A program made the translations under genes and the position numbers. Below, one piece after another: positions 1 through 12,215 of a stretch of DNA of 64,000 nt. Source of the DNA: Leidyana gryllorum EB-2025a (Eukaryota > Protista > Apicomplexa); NCBI GenBank assembly GCA_048772705.1, contig JBLWGC010000202.1, positions 267,904-331,903 of the forward strand, given 5' to 3'. The first letter of the stretch is position 1. Each line of letters begins with the position of its first letter. The notes below the pieces were generated by a model. It saw only the letters and a list, made by a program, of their open reading frames with translations. It was not told the origin of the DNA and did not search any database.

Positions 1-3000
1 TTTCTGGGACGACCTCCTCCTCCACTATCTTCCTCATCAGTGAGTCTACTCGCCGACCGCCATCTGCTTCAACTCTTTCTCTCCGGCAGAATTCAAGCTA
101 CCTACTCTCTTGCTGATCTCTTTGGGATCGTGCGGACGTTTGAGATCTTCTTTATGCCGCGGTGCGGTCTCCACAACTCTCTTCTGTCTGCTCTGGAATG
201 GTGGCAAGTTCAGGACGTCTCTCTGATCCAACACTTTGCGCGTAATGACTCTAGCGCTCAGTTTGTCTCCCGAATCGTGGAGCACAACTCGATTCCTGTG
301 GTCGGGCACAACGCTCACTCCGGCAGTTTTGAGCAACTGTCCGCATTCATTTGCGTCTACAGTCTGCACTTCTGTCTGGAACTCGAAGAGAAAGCTCTGA
401 GGGGTTTCGGTCAAGTCTTCGAACCGAAAGCTTCGAGCGCAAACGCCGATCACCCACCACCAGAAGCCTCCACAATACACGATCATCGTCTACCTATGCA
501 CCTGCACGATGATCCCGTGTGTATATTGGGGGTTGGAGCCAGCCGCATTCTGCACCTCATCCGTGCAGTTACGGTCTTCGCGGTCCTTACCTGTGACAAT
601 CCTTACCAAATACAGGAAATGGCCATGCGTCAACAACAGGTAAACCTCAATCCACTATCATCAGTTTTGCTCCCCTCCCTATTATGTGTGTGTGTGTGTG
701 TGTCTCTCTTTCTCTCTGCCCCTCTCTCTGCTTCTCTGCCCCTCTCTCTGCGTGTGCCGAACTGGTCTCATCTTGTTTCGCAGCAGCACATTGCGCCCGT
801 AGTAGCGCAGGCTTCTGGGTTGTCGCCGCTGGTGTTGATGTGTCCGCACCCGGGTAAGCCGATATTCACTCCCTTTGCGGCACTCTTTGCGGGTAAGGAG
901 TACGAGATGCGAAAGCAGTTGGAGGAGCACTTCGAGCTATTGTTGGGGGCAATAGCGGAGCTGGTATTCCGTGAGTGCCTGGCTGGACTTGCGCGGGAAG
1001 AATTGTTTGGGATCCCCGGAATGTCCAACAGCAACCCACCAGGCGGCAGCAGCAGCGGCAGCAGCACCGCCAACAGCCCCAGCCCGGCCGAACCCATGGA
1101 GGCCTTACGTTTGAGGGCTCAGAAACAGGAGTGTTTGGGCCAAAAGTCGGTATACCTGTCCGAAGTGCTGCTCGGCGGAGGTCTTTTGGTGCAAGGGTTC
1201 TTCCGCGCGTGCTGGTCAGCTCACCGAGGTCTGCAGGGACGCACGTTCGCGGTGATTCCCGAGTCAGGGGACCGCGAGGGTCACTTACTGCGGGCTCACG
1301 TGTCTGACCCGGTGGCTACGCGCATTGTGGTCTACGAACACCTCACTCGGAAGCTGGCTTTGCAGAATCTGGATGCCACGTCGGTGTCTGTCTACGCCTT
1401 TGTGCCTCGGATTCTGGGACCGCTTTATCGGCTGCGCGATACGCCCGAAGTGAGCACTCTTGCGGAAGGTGTTATCTGCGGCGACGCGGTGTGGACCATA
1501 TTGCGGAATCGTCCCAAGACTTTGCCATATCCGGCTATGGTGACTATGAGTGCTCCGAGCATTGACCCTGTCATGTCTCGAGATGTCTCCCCTCGAATCC
1601 CTGAAGTAATGCGGTCTCGAGGGTTACACGAGCAAGAATACTTTGCTCGAGTGTGTCGACAGCGTTTCGAAGCCATTGCTGCTGCAATTGAAATGGCTGA
1701 CAAGAAAGCTGTGCCAAGTTCATCTGATCAGGAGCTGAATCGACTCGTGAAACAGGAGTTGAATGCGGAAAATACCCGCCGCAGCAGCAAAACGTTGATG
1801 GAGAGGTTCTACCCGGAACTCAATCCTCAACATCCGGCGGCCGGATTACTCGTTCCTCCCAATCAGTTACATACGGCGATGACCACCACAGTCACCACGG
1901 GCACCGGTCCCGCACTGGCCGGACCACAGCCAACACGCCCGCTTCCGGCGCAACAATCCCAATCTAATGTGCCCACCACTGCTATCCACTTGCCACCCAC
2001 CGCCGCTGGCACCATGGGGGTACCAATAAGCGGTGGAACCGTGAACGCAGCGCATCTGCACGGGCCCTCCAGGAGCAGTGCAACGACCGCCGGTGCTGCC
2101 CCGACGGCCAGCGGTCAGCTGATAGTGCCAGCTGCGAGCGGCGGTGCCCACGGATTGCCTCCTGCCTCACAGGGCAGCAGCGTAGTTTCAGGCGGGTTGC
2201 CAGCACCAAGCGTCCCGAGCACAGCGCAGCAAAGTGTCGTGGACAACAGCAGCAGCTCCACGTCCACTCCGTATCCGCCGCCTGCGGTTACAGCAGCTGC
2301 GGCTGCAGCCGTGTCGGCCGCTGCCGCGAAGGTCACCAATGCTCTGACACTTGGCAGCTCAGGTGTCGGAACGGCTGCTGGAGGAGGTGGGTCTTCCTCG
2401 AACGGATCGAACGGGAACACCGCCGCGGCAGGCGGTGTCTCCGGGAACGACCGGGGGCCAGTAGCGGCTGCAGAGTGGTTTGAGGGTCGCAAGTCGGATG
2501 TCCGAAAATTCTTGTTGCATCTGTACAAGGATATGCAGACGAAGAGTGATCCCGGGATGGCGGTGCGATTGGATTTCCGTAATCGTGGGGTGGAGGAATG
2601 CAAACAGATGGCGCAACCCTTGACTGATTTGGCGACAGACTCGTTGCATATGGCAACGAGTATCTTGGATGTCCCTTTCCAGCTGGACATTACCAAGCCC
2701 GAGGTGCTCGAGTTTGCACAAGCAGCATTGGGGGCTGTACGAGACGAGGTTGAAAAGACGTTACGTACACATCTGCACGAAGGCTTCAAGCAATTGATGA
2801 GTGTGCGCGAACAGGGACACTCCGTTGTTGCATCGGCCCGTCCTGCTGTGATCTGCGCTTTGTGGCAGACCTTGGTTCACTTACCACCGCACTTGGATGT
2901 CTTATTCCCGCTCGCATTACGATGGAATCACGTTCGAGCGACTTTGTGTGCGTGGCTTTGGAGCGAGTTACGGAATTCATTGGATCAGTACTGGCGAACA

Positions 3001-4886
3001 CTCTGCACAGGAGGCAATACGCAAATGTCAGACGCTGTGATTCCGGGTCTCCGATGGTCTATTCGCTGTCTCCCCTCCGAGCAAGACGCCTCCAACCTCA
3101 ACATGATGCCAGACTTGACTGGAGGTCGCCTCCTCCACCTGTTGACGACCCCCAAAACAATGGATCGCATTTGCAGCGCATTGTACCGGTTCCAGTGTTC
3201 GGGAATGGCCACCGCCAACGCCGTCGTGGGACAGACCGACGCGCTGCAAATCTCTCCCGAGCATCTCGACCGCATCTTTGTCACCACCGAGAGCAGTTTG
3301 CGGGACACTTTCAAATCGTTATGGCAACGACTCCCCCAGAATTCGCCGATCGAGGCAGCTCTGCACGACCCAGAGATTGCAGCAGCTGGTTTCCTCAAGT
3401 AAGTTTCGTCGGTCACCGCTGTTACCTCCATCTCAATCTTTCTCTTTCCTGTGCAGGCGGTACGCTCCTCTGATCCTGGGTAGCCTTGACGATCTGGATC
3501 GGGCGGAAGAGAACGCTGCGGCCAACGCGACCGAAGCGGCCAGCAGTGTGAGTCCGGAGACTGTGGAGCCGCCGAGCAAACGTCGGCGGCGAGATTACGG
3601 GGTTGCCCCTGAAGAAGTGGAAGAAGGAGTGCACGACCGCGGTGGCGGGCCGGGTAGACGACGACAGATTGATACGGTCCCGGCTGGGTTGGCCTTGGCC
3701 TCTATAAGTGTACAGAATTTGCGAAAGGAGCTGCGCTGTCAAAGATCGAACGTGGGCGCAGCAGCGGGTGCCGGGCGTCGGAGACGCGGGGCCCGTGGCC
3801 AAGCCGAAGACGATCAGGAGGAGCATCAGGATGCCAATGCTATGGCCGACGGTCCCAGTTATCACCCCCAACAACAACATCGAGGAGCCGCCGATCAGCA
3901 CTCATCGTCTCATCGTGTGACGCCCCCGCCGGATGGGGCTGGACGAGGCAGCAGTGAGTGGTTGCAGTCGCTGCCGTTGACAATTATTAACCGTCTCGAT
4001 CAACCCATGCCTCGAGACGTCCTGGTCGATAAGTTTGAAGAGTCATTTTTCCGCCATCAAGCGGAACAGCCCACATCATCCATTACAACTACGAACACAA
4101 CAACACTTCCGACAACGCTAACACAGAGGGGCGGTGCAGCGCGGTCACAGCCGCGGCGGAAAGACAAGTCGCAGCAGCAAGATGAGACTATGGAGTCCAA
4201 GTTGAATGGTTCATTCCCGAAGGTACCGGAATGGCTCGAGCACGAGCCCATGTGGAAGATGTGGACACCCGCCATACGACGGCCTGAAGGTTTGATGAAT
4301 CCAATTCCAACCGGTGAAGATTACGTTGGCGATTTCGGGATCCGACAGAGGCTGAGTTACTTTAGTCCCACACCTAATGAGGAAGGGGATCTGAGCGAAC
4401 GCGACTGGGAGCTGGTTAAGACAGTACTACAGTTACTTCAGTGAGTTCCACACTTCACCACACACTCCATCTCTCTCACTTTCTTTCAGCCAACGGGGAA
4501 TCGATACGCTTTATTCATCGACTACACATTCATTATTTCATGTGACTGTTAATGAGCGTCATGGAGGGACGGAGTGGCGAAAAGAGTTGGATGAGTCTGC
4601 TGAAACAGGCTCCAGTCCCATGACTCCGAAACCCCCTCCATCAAGAATGGTCGGGGGACTCAGTTTGCGGAGATATCTTGACGGCTGGTCTGCTGCTCCG
4701 ACAGACTGCTTTTCTCCACTACGGCGGAATCCAAACGTACTAAATCGAGCAATTCAGGGAGCAGCAGGACGAAGACTCGTGTTGACATCATCAGCAGCAG
4801 CAGCAACAGAAGTAGTCCCCGCCGACTCCGTCGTGGCTCCACCTCCATCAGCTATTAAAGAATTGAACGACCAAATCTTAATGTGA
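1..4886 (+). CDS. Large multi-exon hypothetical protein, 5'-truncated by the window; low-complexity A/S/G/P/Q tracts and a basic NLS-like PPSKRRRR
   Basis: ORFs 40..3402, 3278..4444 and 4542..4886 join in frame through GT-AG introns at 3399..3456 and 4441..4489 (both phase 2). Probable further introns at 40..89 and 640..783, the latter in frame and carrying a (TG)n/(CT)n microsatellite. No family recognised. Confidence 0.75.
685..703. repeat. (TG)n microsatellite; others at about 12513-12530 and 36593-36620/51595-51645
   Basis: Directly visible. Confidence 0.9.
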
Positions 4887-5061
4887 GACAAACACAGACA
4901 GACAGACAGAGATTCAGATGAGATGAGATTGCGAGACTGACTGACAGAGAGAGTGTGACTCAACAAGTGAAAACCGACCCAACCACTGATTGACGCTCAG
5001 ACGACTTGACGTAGTGTAGCCAAAGTGATGGCCACAAAAGAATTACACCTCTCAACCAGCC

Positions 5062-6247
5062 ATGGCCTCCGCTCCCATTCCGGTCTATGTGCTGACAGGT
5101 TTCTTGGGAGCCGGAAAGACCACTCTGCTCCGGAACCTATTGTTGACTCCCGAAGGCCCCCAAAAGAGACTCGCTGTGCTCCGTAATGAGTTCACAGATA
5201 CAGAAGGTGAGTTTCGCTGATACCTTCTGAGAAACTCAAAGCTTTTTGATAGAATTGGAGTTCGAAGTGCCCCTCTTAATCCAAGAAGACGACAGTGATG
5301 CCTTCGCCTCGTTCTGGGAGCTGCCTAACAGTTGTGTGTGCTGTTCTGCCAAGAGTCAGTTCCTGCAAGCTGTCACACGATTGGTGGACAAGAGTATCGA
5401 GGAACAAAGACCGTTCCATGCTATACTGGTCGAAGTCTCTGGCCTCGCTGACCCCGTAGCGATCTACGATAACCTCGTGGAGGGTGCCCACGATGTCAAG
5501 GACAAGTTTGCCGTCGCTGGCATCATTACCGTTATGGACGCCAGCCACGGATTATGCAGAGATTTACTCCTCGCGGACAAAGAGGAGTCGTCAGAAATGG
5601 ACTCGACGACTGAGTCGTTGGGTCGATTGGCCATCACTCAACTAACAACAGGAGACGTCATACTGATGAATAAAAGAGACAAACTCGGTGCCGAAGCAGA
5701 GTCTACTTGCGCCAAACTTTTATCCTCGATAACGGCTCTCAATCCGACCGCCCCAATCATTTGGTAAGCTGCGATCCACACTGACTGCTCTTCTGACTCG
5801 AGTAGGACTTCATACTGCCAAGTGACGCTCGAAGAGCTCCAGGCGAAGATTGCGATTGCTAACGACGCACTAAGTGCAGCAGCGCCAAACTATGTGGTGA
5901 CACCCGCTGCGACCACTCAGCCCGCGGGCCATTCCCATTTGGGTATACAATCAGTGACCGTAGTATTGCCCGCAGAAGTCATTTTGGACCCCACGACGCT
6001 GGAAGAAACCTTGGGCCGCTGGATATGGGATAAACCCTCTCCAGTCCTATACCGTGCCAAGGGACTATTCAGATCAGCAGCAGGCCAATCCTGGCACTCC
6101 CTACAGATTGTCGGTGACATCATCGAAGTCGCTGTAGCACCTCCAGGTCACCGTCTATCATCCACCGCTCAGTCGCGATTTCTGTTTGTCGGCAAAGATC
6201 TCTCTGAGTCCTTCCTTCAACAACTCATTTCTCGAGCCGCAGTTTGA
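5062..6247 (+). CDS. CobW/COG0523 (ZNG1-like) G3E P-loop GTPase metallochaperone, about 365 aa
   Basis: Exon 1 from ATG 5062 gives [23 protein letters not shown]...LAVLRNEF. Introns at 5207..5252 and 5764..5805 restore the frame. Motifs: CxCC (NSCVCC), Walker B-like [11 protein letters not shown], NKxD (MNKRD), C-terminal YRAKG...FLFVGKDL. Confidence 0.93.
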
Positions 6248-6285
6248 GGGAACATCGGCGAGCGTTGACGACGCTGCCTCGCCGC

Positions 6286-9200
6286 CTATGTCCTTTCGAG
6301 GTCGATCACAAACTTCCAAATCTTGTCGAGTTTGGTGCTCGACATGGCAACGAGCTTGGGTGCGAATTCCTTCAGCACGTCCCGAGCGCTCGTGGTCGCC
6401 TGTCTATACAAGTCGGGATACTTTTGGCTCTCTTCCGCCTCTTTCTTCAGAGCGACAGAGATATTCTGGTGATATTTGGGTCCCAACATGTGTTCCAATC
6501 CGCGACGGAATGCGTCACAGTCCAGCGACACGTCGTAACTCATCGAAAGATCACTGCCCTCCTCAAAGTCTTCCTCGGGACGCTCAATGCCGTCAATGCA
6601 ACAACACCACATCAACTTGAGGGGAGTCGCCCAATACACCAGAAGTTCCGGAGACTGGAGCTTCGCCCGCAAGCGGCTGTATTCTTTGGCCACGTCATTG
6701 CTCTCGGGGTCCGCATTCGGCACCAGTTCCTCAGGCAGAGTCCAACCCATGGGGCTGCTCACCTCCTCGTACTCATTCGTGCCGTCCATGGCGTTCCTGA
6801 AGCGGACCAACGAGTCGAATCTGGCCGCTTCAACGATTCCTTTCACCGGGAAGTATACCACTTTCAGCAGCATAAGGCCAAAATCGATAGCCATTTTTCG
6901 TGCGATCACTTCAAATGCGTCTTCCTCGTCGTCGGCAGCGATATCAAACCGTTGAACAATCGAGTGGGAAGCACCACCACTCGCGGTCGAACCTGCTCGG
7001 GGTCGTCTTCGGCGAGTCGAATCCGAATATCTCGCGTCGCTGGAACGTCTCCTTCGTGGAGGTGGGACGACGGTATTCGAAGACACCTCCTTGGGATCCG
7101 CCAAGAAGGCTTCGTTTTTAGAATGTTTGACTCCCCCGTTGCCGCACTCAGCAGCGGCTGTGGCCGCTGTGTCCTCTAAATGGGCCCGGAAGATGGGCAG
7201 CCACGTCAGGAAGAATCCTCGAGGCATCAGGTAAGTCAAACCAATACGTTCGGAGATTCGAACAAAATCAGAGCTTCCCAAATTAGAGGCCATCCCCAAG
7301 AAGGACGTGCGAAGGAGATCCAATGTGTTCGTCCAGGGGGCTGTGGGCCGGATAGAGACTTCCACGTTGGGCTCTGCGCCGTCGTCATCGTCTCTCACGG
7401 CTTCGTCGAGGACTGCGTTCAATTGGGATCGGACGATGGGGGGCGGATAATCCTTGAACTCTTGGAGCAGTTGTCTTGAAATCAAGTTTCCGAGCCACTC
7501 GGCAAACCCGCTGATGGGTTTCGACAGAGTCACCGCCAACTTGGGATGAGGAATGACAATGTCCTCCGTGTCAACTGGCATCCCCGCCGGTTTCTCCAGA
7601 ACCTCCACATACTCCGGATTGCGCTCCAGACAGCCGAACCGCTCCATCAGGAACTCCAGTGCCTGACAGAAGGGCTCGTAACACGCGCTTGTCATGTTGA
7701 TTATCATTGTGAGGTCGTTCATGAAGTTCTTGAGCCTGAATATGGATGTGGGAAAGAGGAGAAGGGCTGTCACTCACTCGAATTGGAGTGGTTCTCGTTC
7801 TCGCAGCATCGGGCCCACACCGTCGATGTCAGACAACGAACGGGGCTCGTTGTAGCTGACGTCCGACGTGAAGTTGGACAGCAGCAGGCGGAGGATATTG
7901 GGATGTGGTTCCAACGAAGCATATCGAGAGAGCTCCGCAGCCTCAACGAGCCGTCCGCGCAGAGCTAAGGCCAATTTGGCGAGATACCGATACGTTAGAT
8001 ATGGCTGAGCACTGATCATAGGCAGTTGTGATATCAGTACGAGGACGGGCTGAAAAGCAAAAGACGTTTGAGGCTCAGCACACTGACAAACAATGGAGTG
8101 ACTCACGTCCAGCGAGTCTGGGCCACGACTGAACGCCTGCATCATGCTGAGGATGGCAGGCCATCTGCCAGACTCGTTGTGTCGCGCTTCGTTGCCTTGC
8201 AACGCCCAGTACATCGAACGCTCCGCTTTAGTGTTGACCGGGAAACATGCTGATGGCAATGATGTTTGATGTACCGCTGGTGTAGCTGAGGCGCTGTGTG
8301 TGTGTTGTCCCTTACTCTGCAGGCTGTACGGTTCGCTCCAACCGCTAGTCAGACCGGAGCCAGCTGCAATCGCCATTGTGTGACACTTGTCCAGCAACAC
8401 CACAGCGCTCCACTGAGATGGCCCCAAACGGCTCAGCACACCTCGACTTGGCTGTGGGTATTCCTTGAGGACCTGCACGAATTGAGCATCAGACATTGGA
8501 GAGAACGCGCGACTCACCTTCTCTGTGATCCATTCCAGCATCACACTGACAGTGGCTTTCTGGATGCGCTCTCGGATCAGATCATCAGTCACGTCGTCGA
8601 TGATGCTAAATAGATTGCTGCTAAAGACGCTCATGACGTCTTCAGTGGCGTCTCGAGTCAGATTCGTCAGAATTGATCTCAGAACAACTCCGTATCCGTC
8701 CAAAAAGGCGCCTCGGTCCATTGGGTTGCGAGTCATCAACATTTGGAGACATAGTATTGCCACGTCGATCATCTCCGCCTCCAACAAGAGTTGAATACAC
8801 GTCTCGGCGAGCTTCAACTTGTCCCGCAACGCTTCGGAGGGCGCTTTCCGATTATGGTACATACACTCATCCAGTATTTCTCGCACGGTGTCAAACACAA
8901 CCGACTGATCGTCCAGCTTCCGCGCCTCCCCGATGGCCAACATCATGCGACGCCGCAAACCGGCCCGGAACGTACTCTGTGGCATCAACCAACCGCACTC
9001 GGCCTGCAAACGCTTCGTCATGTCCAAAACAAGTTCCCGTGCAGCCAGAGTGGACTCTGAAGTGTAGGCCTGGACAGTCAATAGTTCCAGAAATGCTTGC
9101 ACCAAATCCTTCAGTGGCTCGATGCTCATTTGACCGCGGATTATATTAAATAAACGCGAGTGAGAACAGATGTGGAGCGCTGGACGAGCTGCTCGCGTCA

Positions 9201-12152
9201 TCGCCTCCAACCGAATCCAGAAAGAGCCATCAGCCCACTTTTGACTCATCGTCGACAAACAATCATACAGTGCTGTTATCTGCTTCAACAGATGCGCTAC
9301 CGCTACCAAAGCCGACAACGTCGTCCGCTGTTCCCAGTACACAAAGGCGTAGGCCGGCTCATGCGCACCCAACTCGAAAATCTGTCCCATCCCATGACAT
9401 GGGAGCAGGGCGGCTTGAGGGACATTCTGTGATATGATACATCGTCCAGACTCCGGGAGTGAGCTCAACACCGTGGGCGAGACAAACTCGGCGCTCTCAG
9501 GCGCTGCAAACAACTTCATCAATGAGGAACAAATCCCATAGATGTGGGCCATATTCTCAAATCCAGGGCCGTAAGCCCCATCTGGAAGTTTCTTCAGAAT
9601 GGGAGAGTCCATTGCTCTCCATAAGGTCAATGTCAGCAGATGCGAAATCGCTTCAACGGCAGGAGCCGCACGAATCTTGGGAATCGTACCACTTTCCATT
9701 ACCATGTCGACTTGGAGATCCTCGCGCATCACCTCCGCACCGTCCGGATGGAGTGCGACCCGCTCAACTGGAGGAATGCTTTGCAAACCAAGATTAGGCG
9801 GAGCGTCCAGCAGCCGGGATATGTTGTCCATCAAGTTCACTGTCAAACCCATAGGCACCGGCAAAGAAGCCAAGTTGATCCATTGGATGTGGATGCGACG
9901 GAATGTGGTATCGAAGAATATCCAGAACGTTTTGCAACAACCCTGACGACGTTCGTGGCTCGATCGATGGACCTTGTCGCTCAAGGATCCGACCTTCAGA
10001 AGAGATTGATCGAACATTACACTGCGGGAACATTCAAGTATTAGTTACTAACGTGTGCACACGCGGAGACACCTACTTGAGAAGGTCACTGCCGTCACGA
10101 AGCCTTTTGTCTCCATTTACAGCTGCCCAATTGGCGCTCATTGAACAATCGTTCGCGTCTAGAATCATCCGAACGGGCTCACTGCACCACATTGTATTGT
10201 AGCCATCTGAAAGGGGAGTAGTAGCCAGGGGAGAGAAGTGATCAGACAGCCCGACAGGTAGTTTGGACCACTGAGAGCGGTGCGCAACTCACCTCCGAGC
10301 TCCGCTCTGTTGAGCGAGAAGGGACTTGAAGAGGGGTGAAGTCCAACAGATAAGCCGTAGCTAAAGTTTGATTCATTTTCATATGGCACCAGCGCCGTGC
10401 TGCTCGATGTAGCAGGGACTGAGGAAGGAGGGAAGTGGTTGCCGAATGTCAGACCTTCCTGCGGTTGCGTAGCCGCAAAGAAGATAGGTCCTTCTTTCCA
10501 CCCTTTGAGTGTCCGAGGAAGGCTCTGACGGAGGAAGGCATATGGGGATTTGGTGGCATTGGTAGCTGTGCGATCGGGAGAGGGAGGTCCGGCACCCTCG
10601 GGTACGATGAGGGGCTCGGAGACGCGTATGGGTTGGAATGAGAGGAGGCTAAAGGTGTAGAAGCCATGTCTGGCGGCATTGATACTGATTTCGAACTTTC
10701 TCGATTGACTTGTGATGATGGTGAGTACATAGGTATGATCGCTCAGACTTTCCGTGAGGATAGTGTCCATGACTTGGCCCATTCCTCCCGAGGTGAGTAG
10801 GCGCGGATCAAAGTTCTCGCTCTTGAAGAACTCTGCTGCCAAGTGGCCAATGGAGACCGCACTCTCGAATCTGAGGGGAGTGTGGACACCCGGAGGCACT
10901 TCGGCGCCTCCGGGTTCTCCGGGGACCCAGGTGGTGGAGGCACCGTCGTCCACGCGTCGTTTTCTGCAGGGAGAAGAGTCGGGTTCGCCGGAGGAAGTGG
11001 AGGTGCGCAGTCTTTTGCGAGCTGCAGCTGCAGCCAAATCGTCGGAAGCAGCGGAAGCGACTTCACCGGGGCCAAAGCTATACACTCTGACAACGTCTTC
11101 GTTGTCAATAGTGACAAGAAGCTGACCGGTCCTCACATGAATTTGTTTGATGTGTTTCTTGACGTGCGATACACTCGTTGGGAGCGCCACAGAGCTGAGT
11201 TTACTACTGGCATCAGTAATGGCGGTCTTAATCACAGAGCTCAGCGCTCCTTTCAATGTGGGTTTGGCTGCGAGCGCCTGATTGATCGGCCCCATATCGT
11301 CGCCGTTGCTGGCGAGCTGTCGGACCAGCGAGATCTTTGGTCGCAGGAAAGCGCCTTCGCGTCGGTAAACCACCTCGTGGAGCCCTAAATGGTCATCGTC
11401 CAGCGAGACAAACACGCGACCTTTGCCATCGGTGGCCAGGTGACGCACAATCGTTCCATTTATCGGGACTGTGTACTCGGGCAAACCAACCAAATACAAA
11501 GGGACCTCCGCCACATCGTCTCCTTCCTCAACCAAAACAACGGTTTTGGGCGAACTCTTCTGCCCCGGAGGAATCACTGTGCGTTCGCACGTTTGCAATC
11601 CATAGAATAACAAATGTGTGGTTGTGGCCACCACAATGGCCGCAACAGGATCATTCGGGAGGACCCCCGGGTGTGGACAAATAGTCACGACCCCTAAAAT
11701 CATTGTCTTGAAGGATAAAGCCGCATACGGCGGAGGCGTGCGCATTGCCATTTGGCTCAGCTGCACGAAATTGAATAGAAACAGCCTGTTATCCATTGTG
11801 TAGAACACGTGCTGGGGCAAACTAGGACCACACGCAGTCCGGAATCTGCAACAAAACGCTCATTGCTCATTGCTCACAACTCGTTGACGCACCGAGCATA
11901 CTCAACTTCGGTCAACACCTCCGGCAACAAAGGTTTCTCCTTCTCCCAGAACACATACACATCCGGTTGACCCGTAATGCGGTCTTGTCGAGGACATGTG
12001 CCACATTCATATGCACTGCTCTCCCAATCCGGTAACCAGTTTGTACTGAGCGAATCTCGGTTTGGCGGGAGACGACTTATATTCGCTTGCGCTCGCGGAC
12101 CTTTCAGGAAGTCTCGCTTCTCCTCCAGAGCCGACAGGGCCGTGGCGATCAT
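6286..12152 (-). CDS. NUP155: Nucleoporin Nup155/Nup170-like protein, multi-exon
   Basis: ORFs 11874..12152, 10165..11820, 7774..10017 and 6286..7773. A 32-nt intron (11877..11846) and an intron starting at 7777 join neighbours in frame; the exons between about 10020 and 10270 are not resolved. The N-terminus (LPEVL...FYTMDNRLFLFNF...ILGVVTICPHPGV...IVVATT...YTVPINGTIVRHLATDGKGRVF...LHEVVYRREG) follows the Nup155 beta-propeller pattern from memory, followed by a long helical region. Confidence 0.75.
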
Positions 12153-12215
12153 CAGGCCAAGCCGGGGAAGTAAAAATTTCCACTCGAGTTGGAGCGAAGG
12201 CCGAGAGCGTTCCGC

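Noticed and set aside
1-4886. Retinoblastoma-like pocket protein identity for the first gene
   Set aside because: Only a vague helical pattern, an NLS and S/T-P sites; the diagnostic pocket motifs could not be matched.
6244-7179. 311-aa plus-strand ORF and other long antisense ORFs
   Set aside because: Shadow frames opposite well-supported genes, with no motifs of their own.
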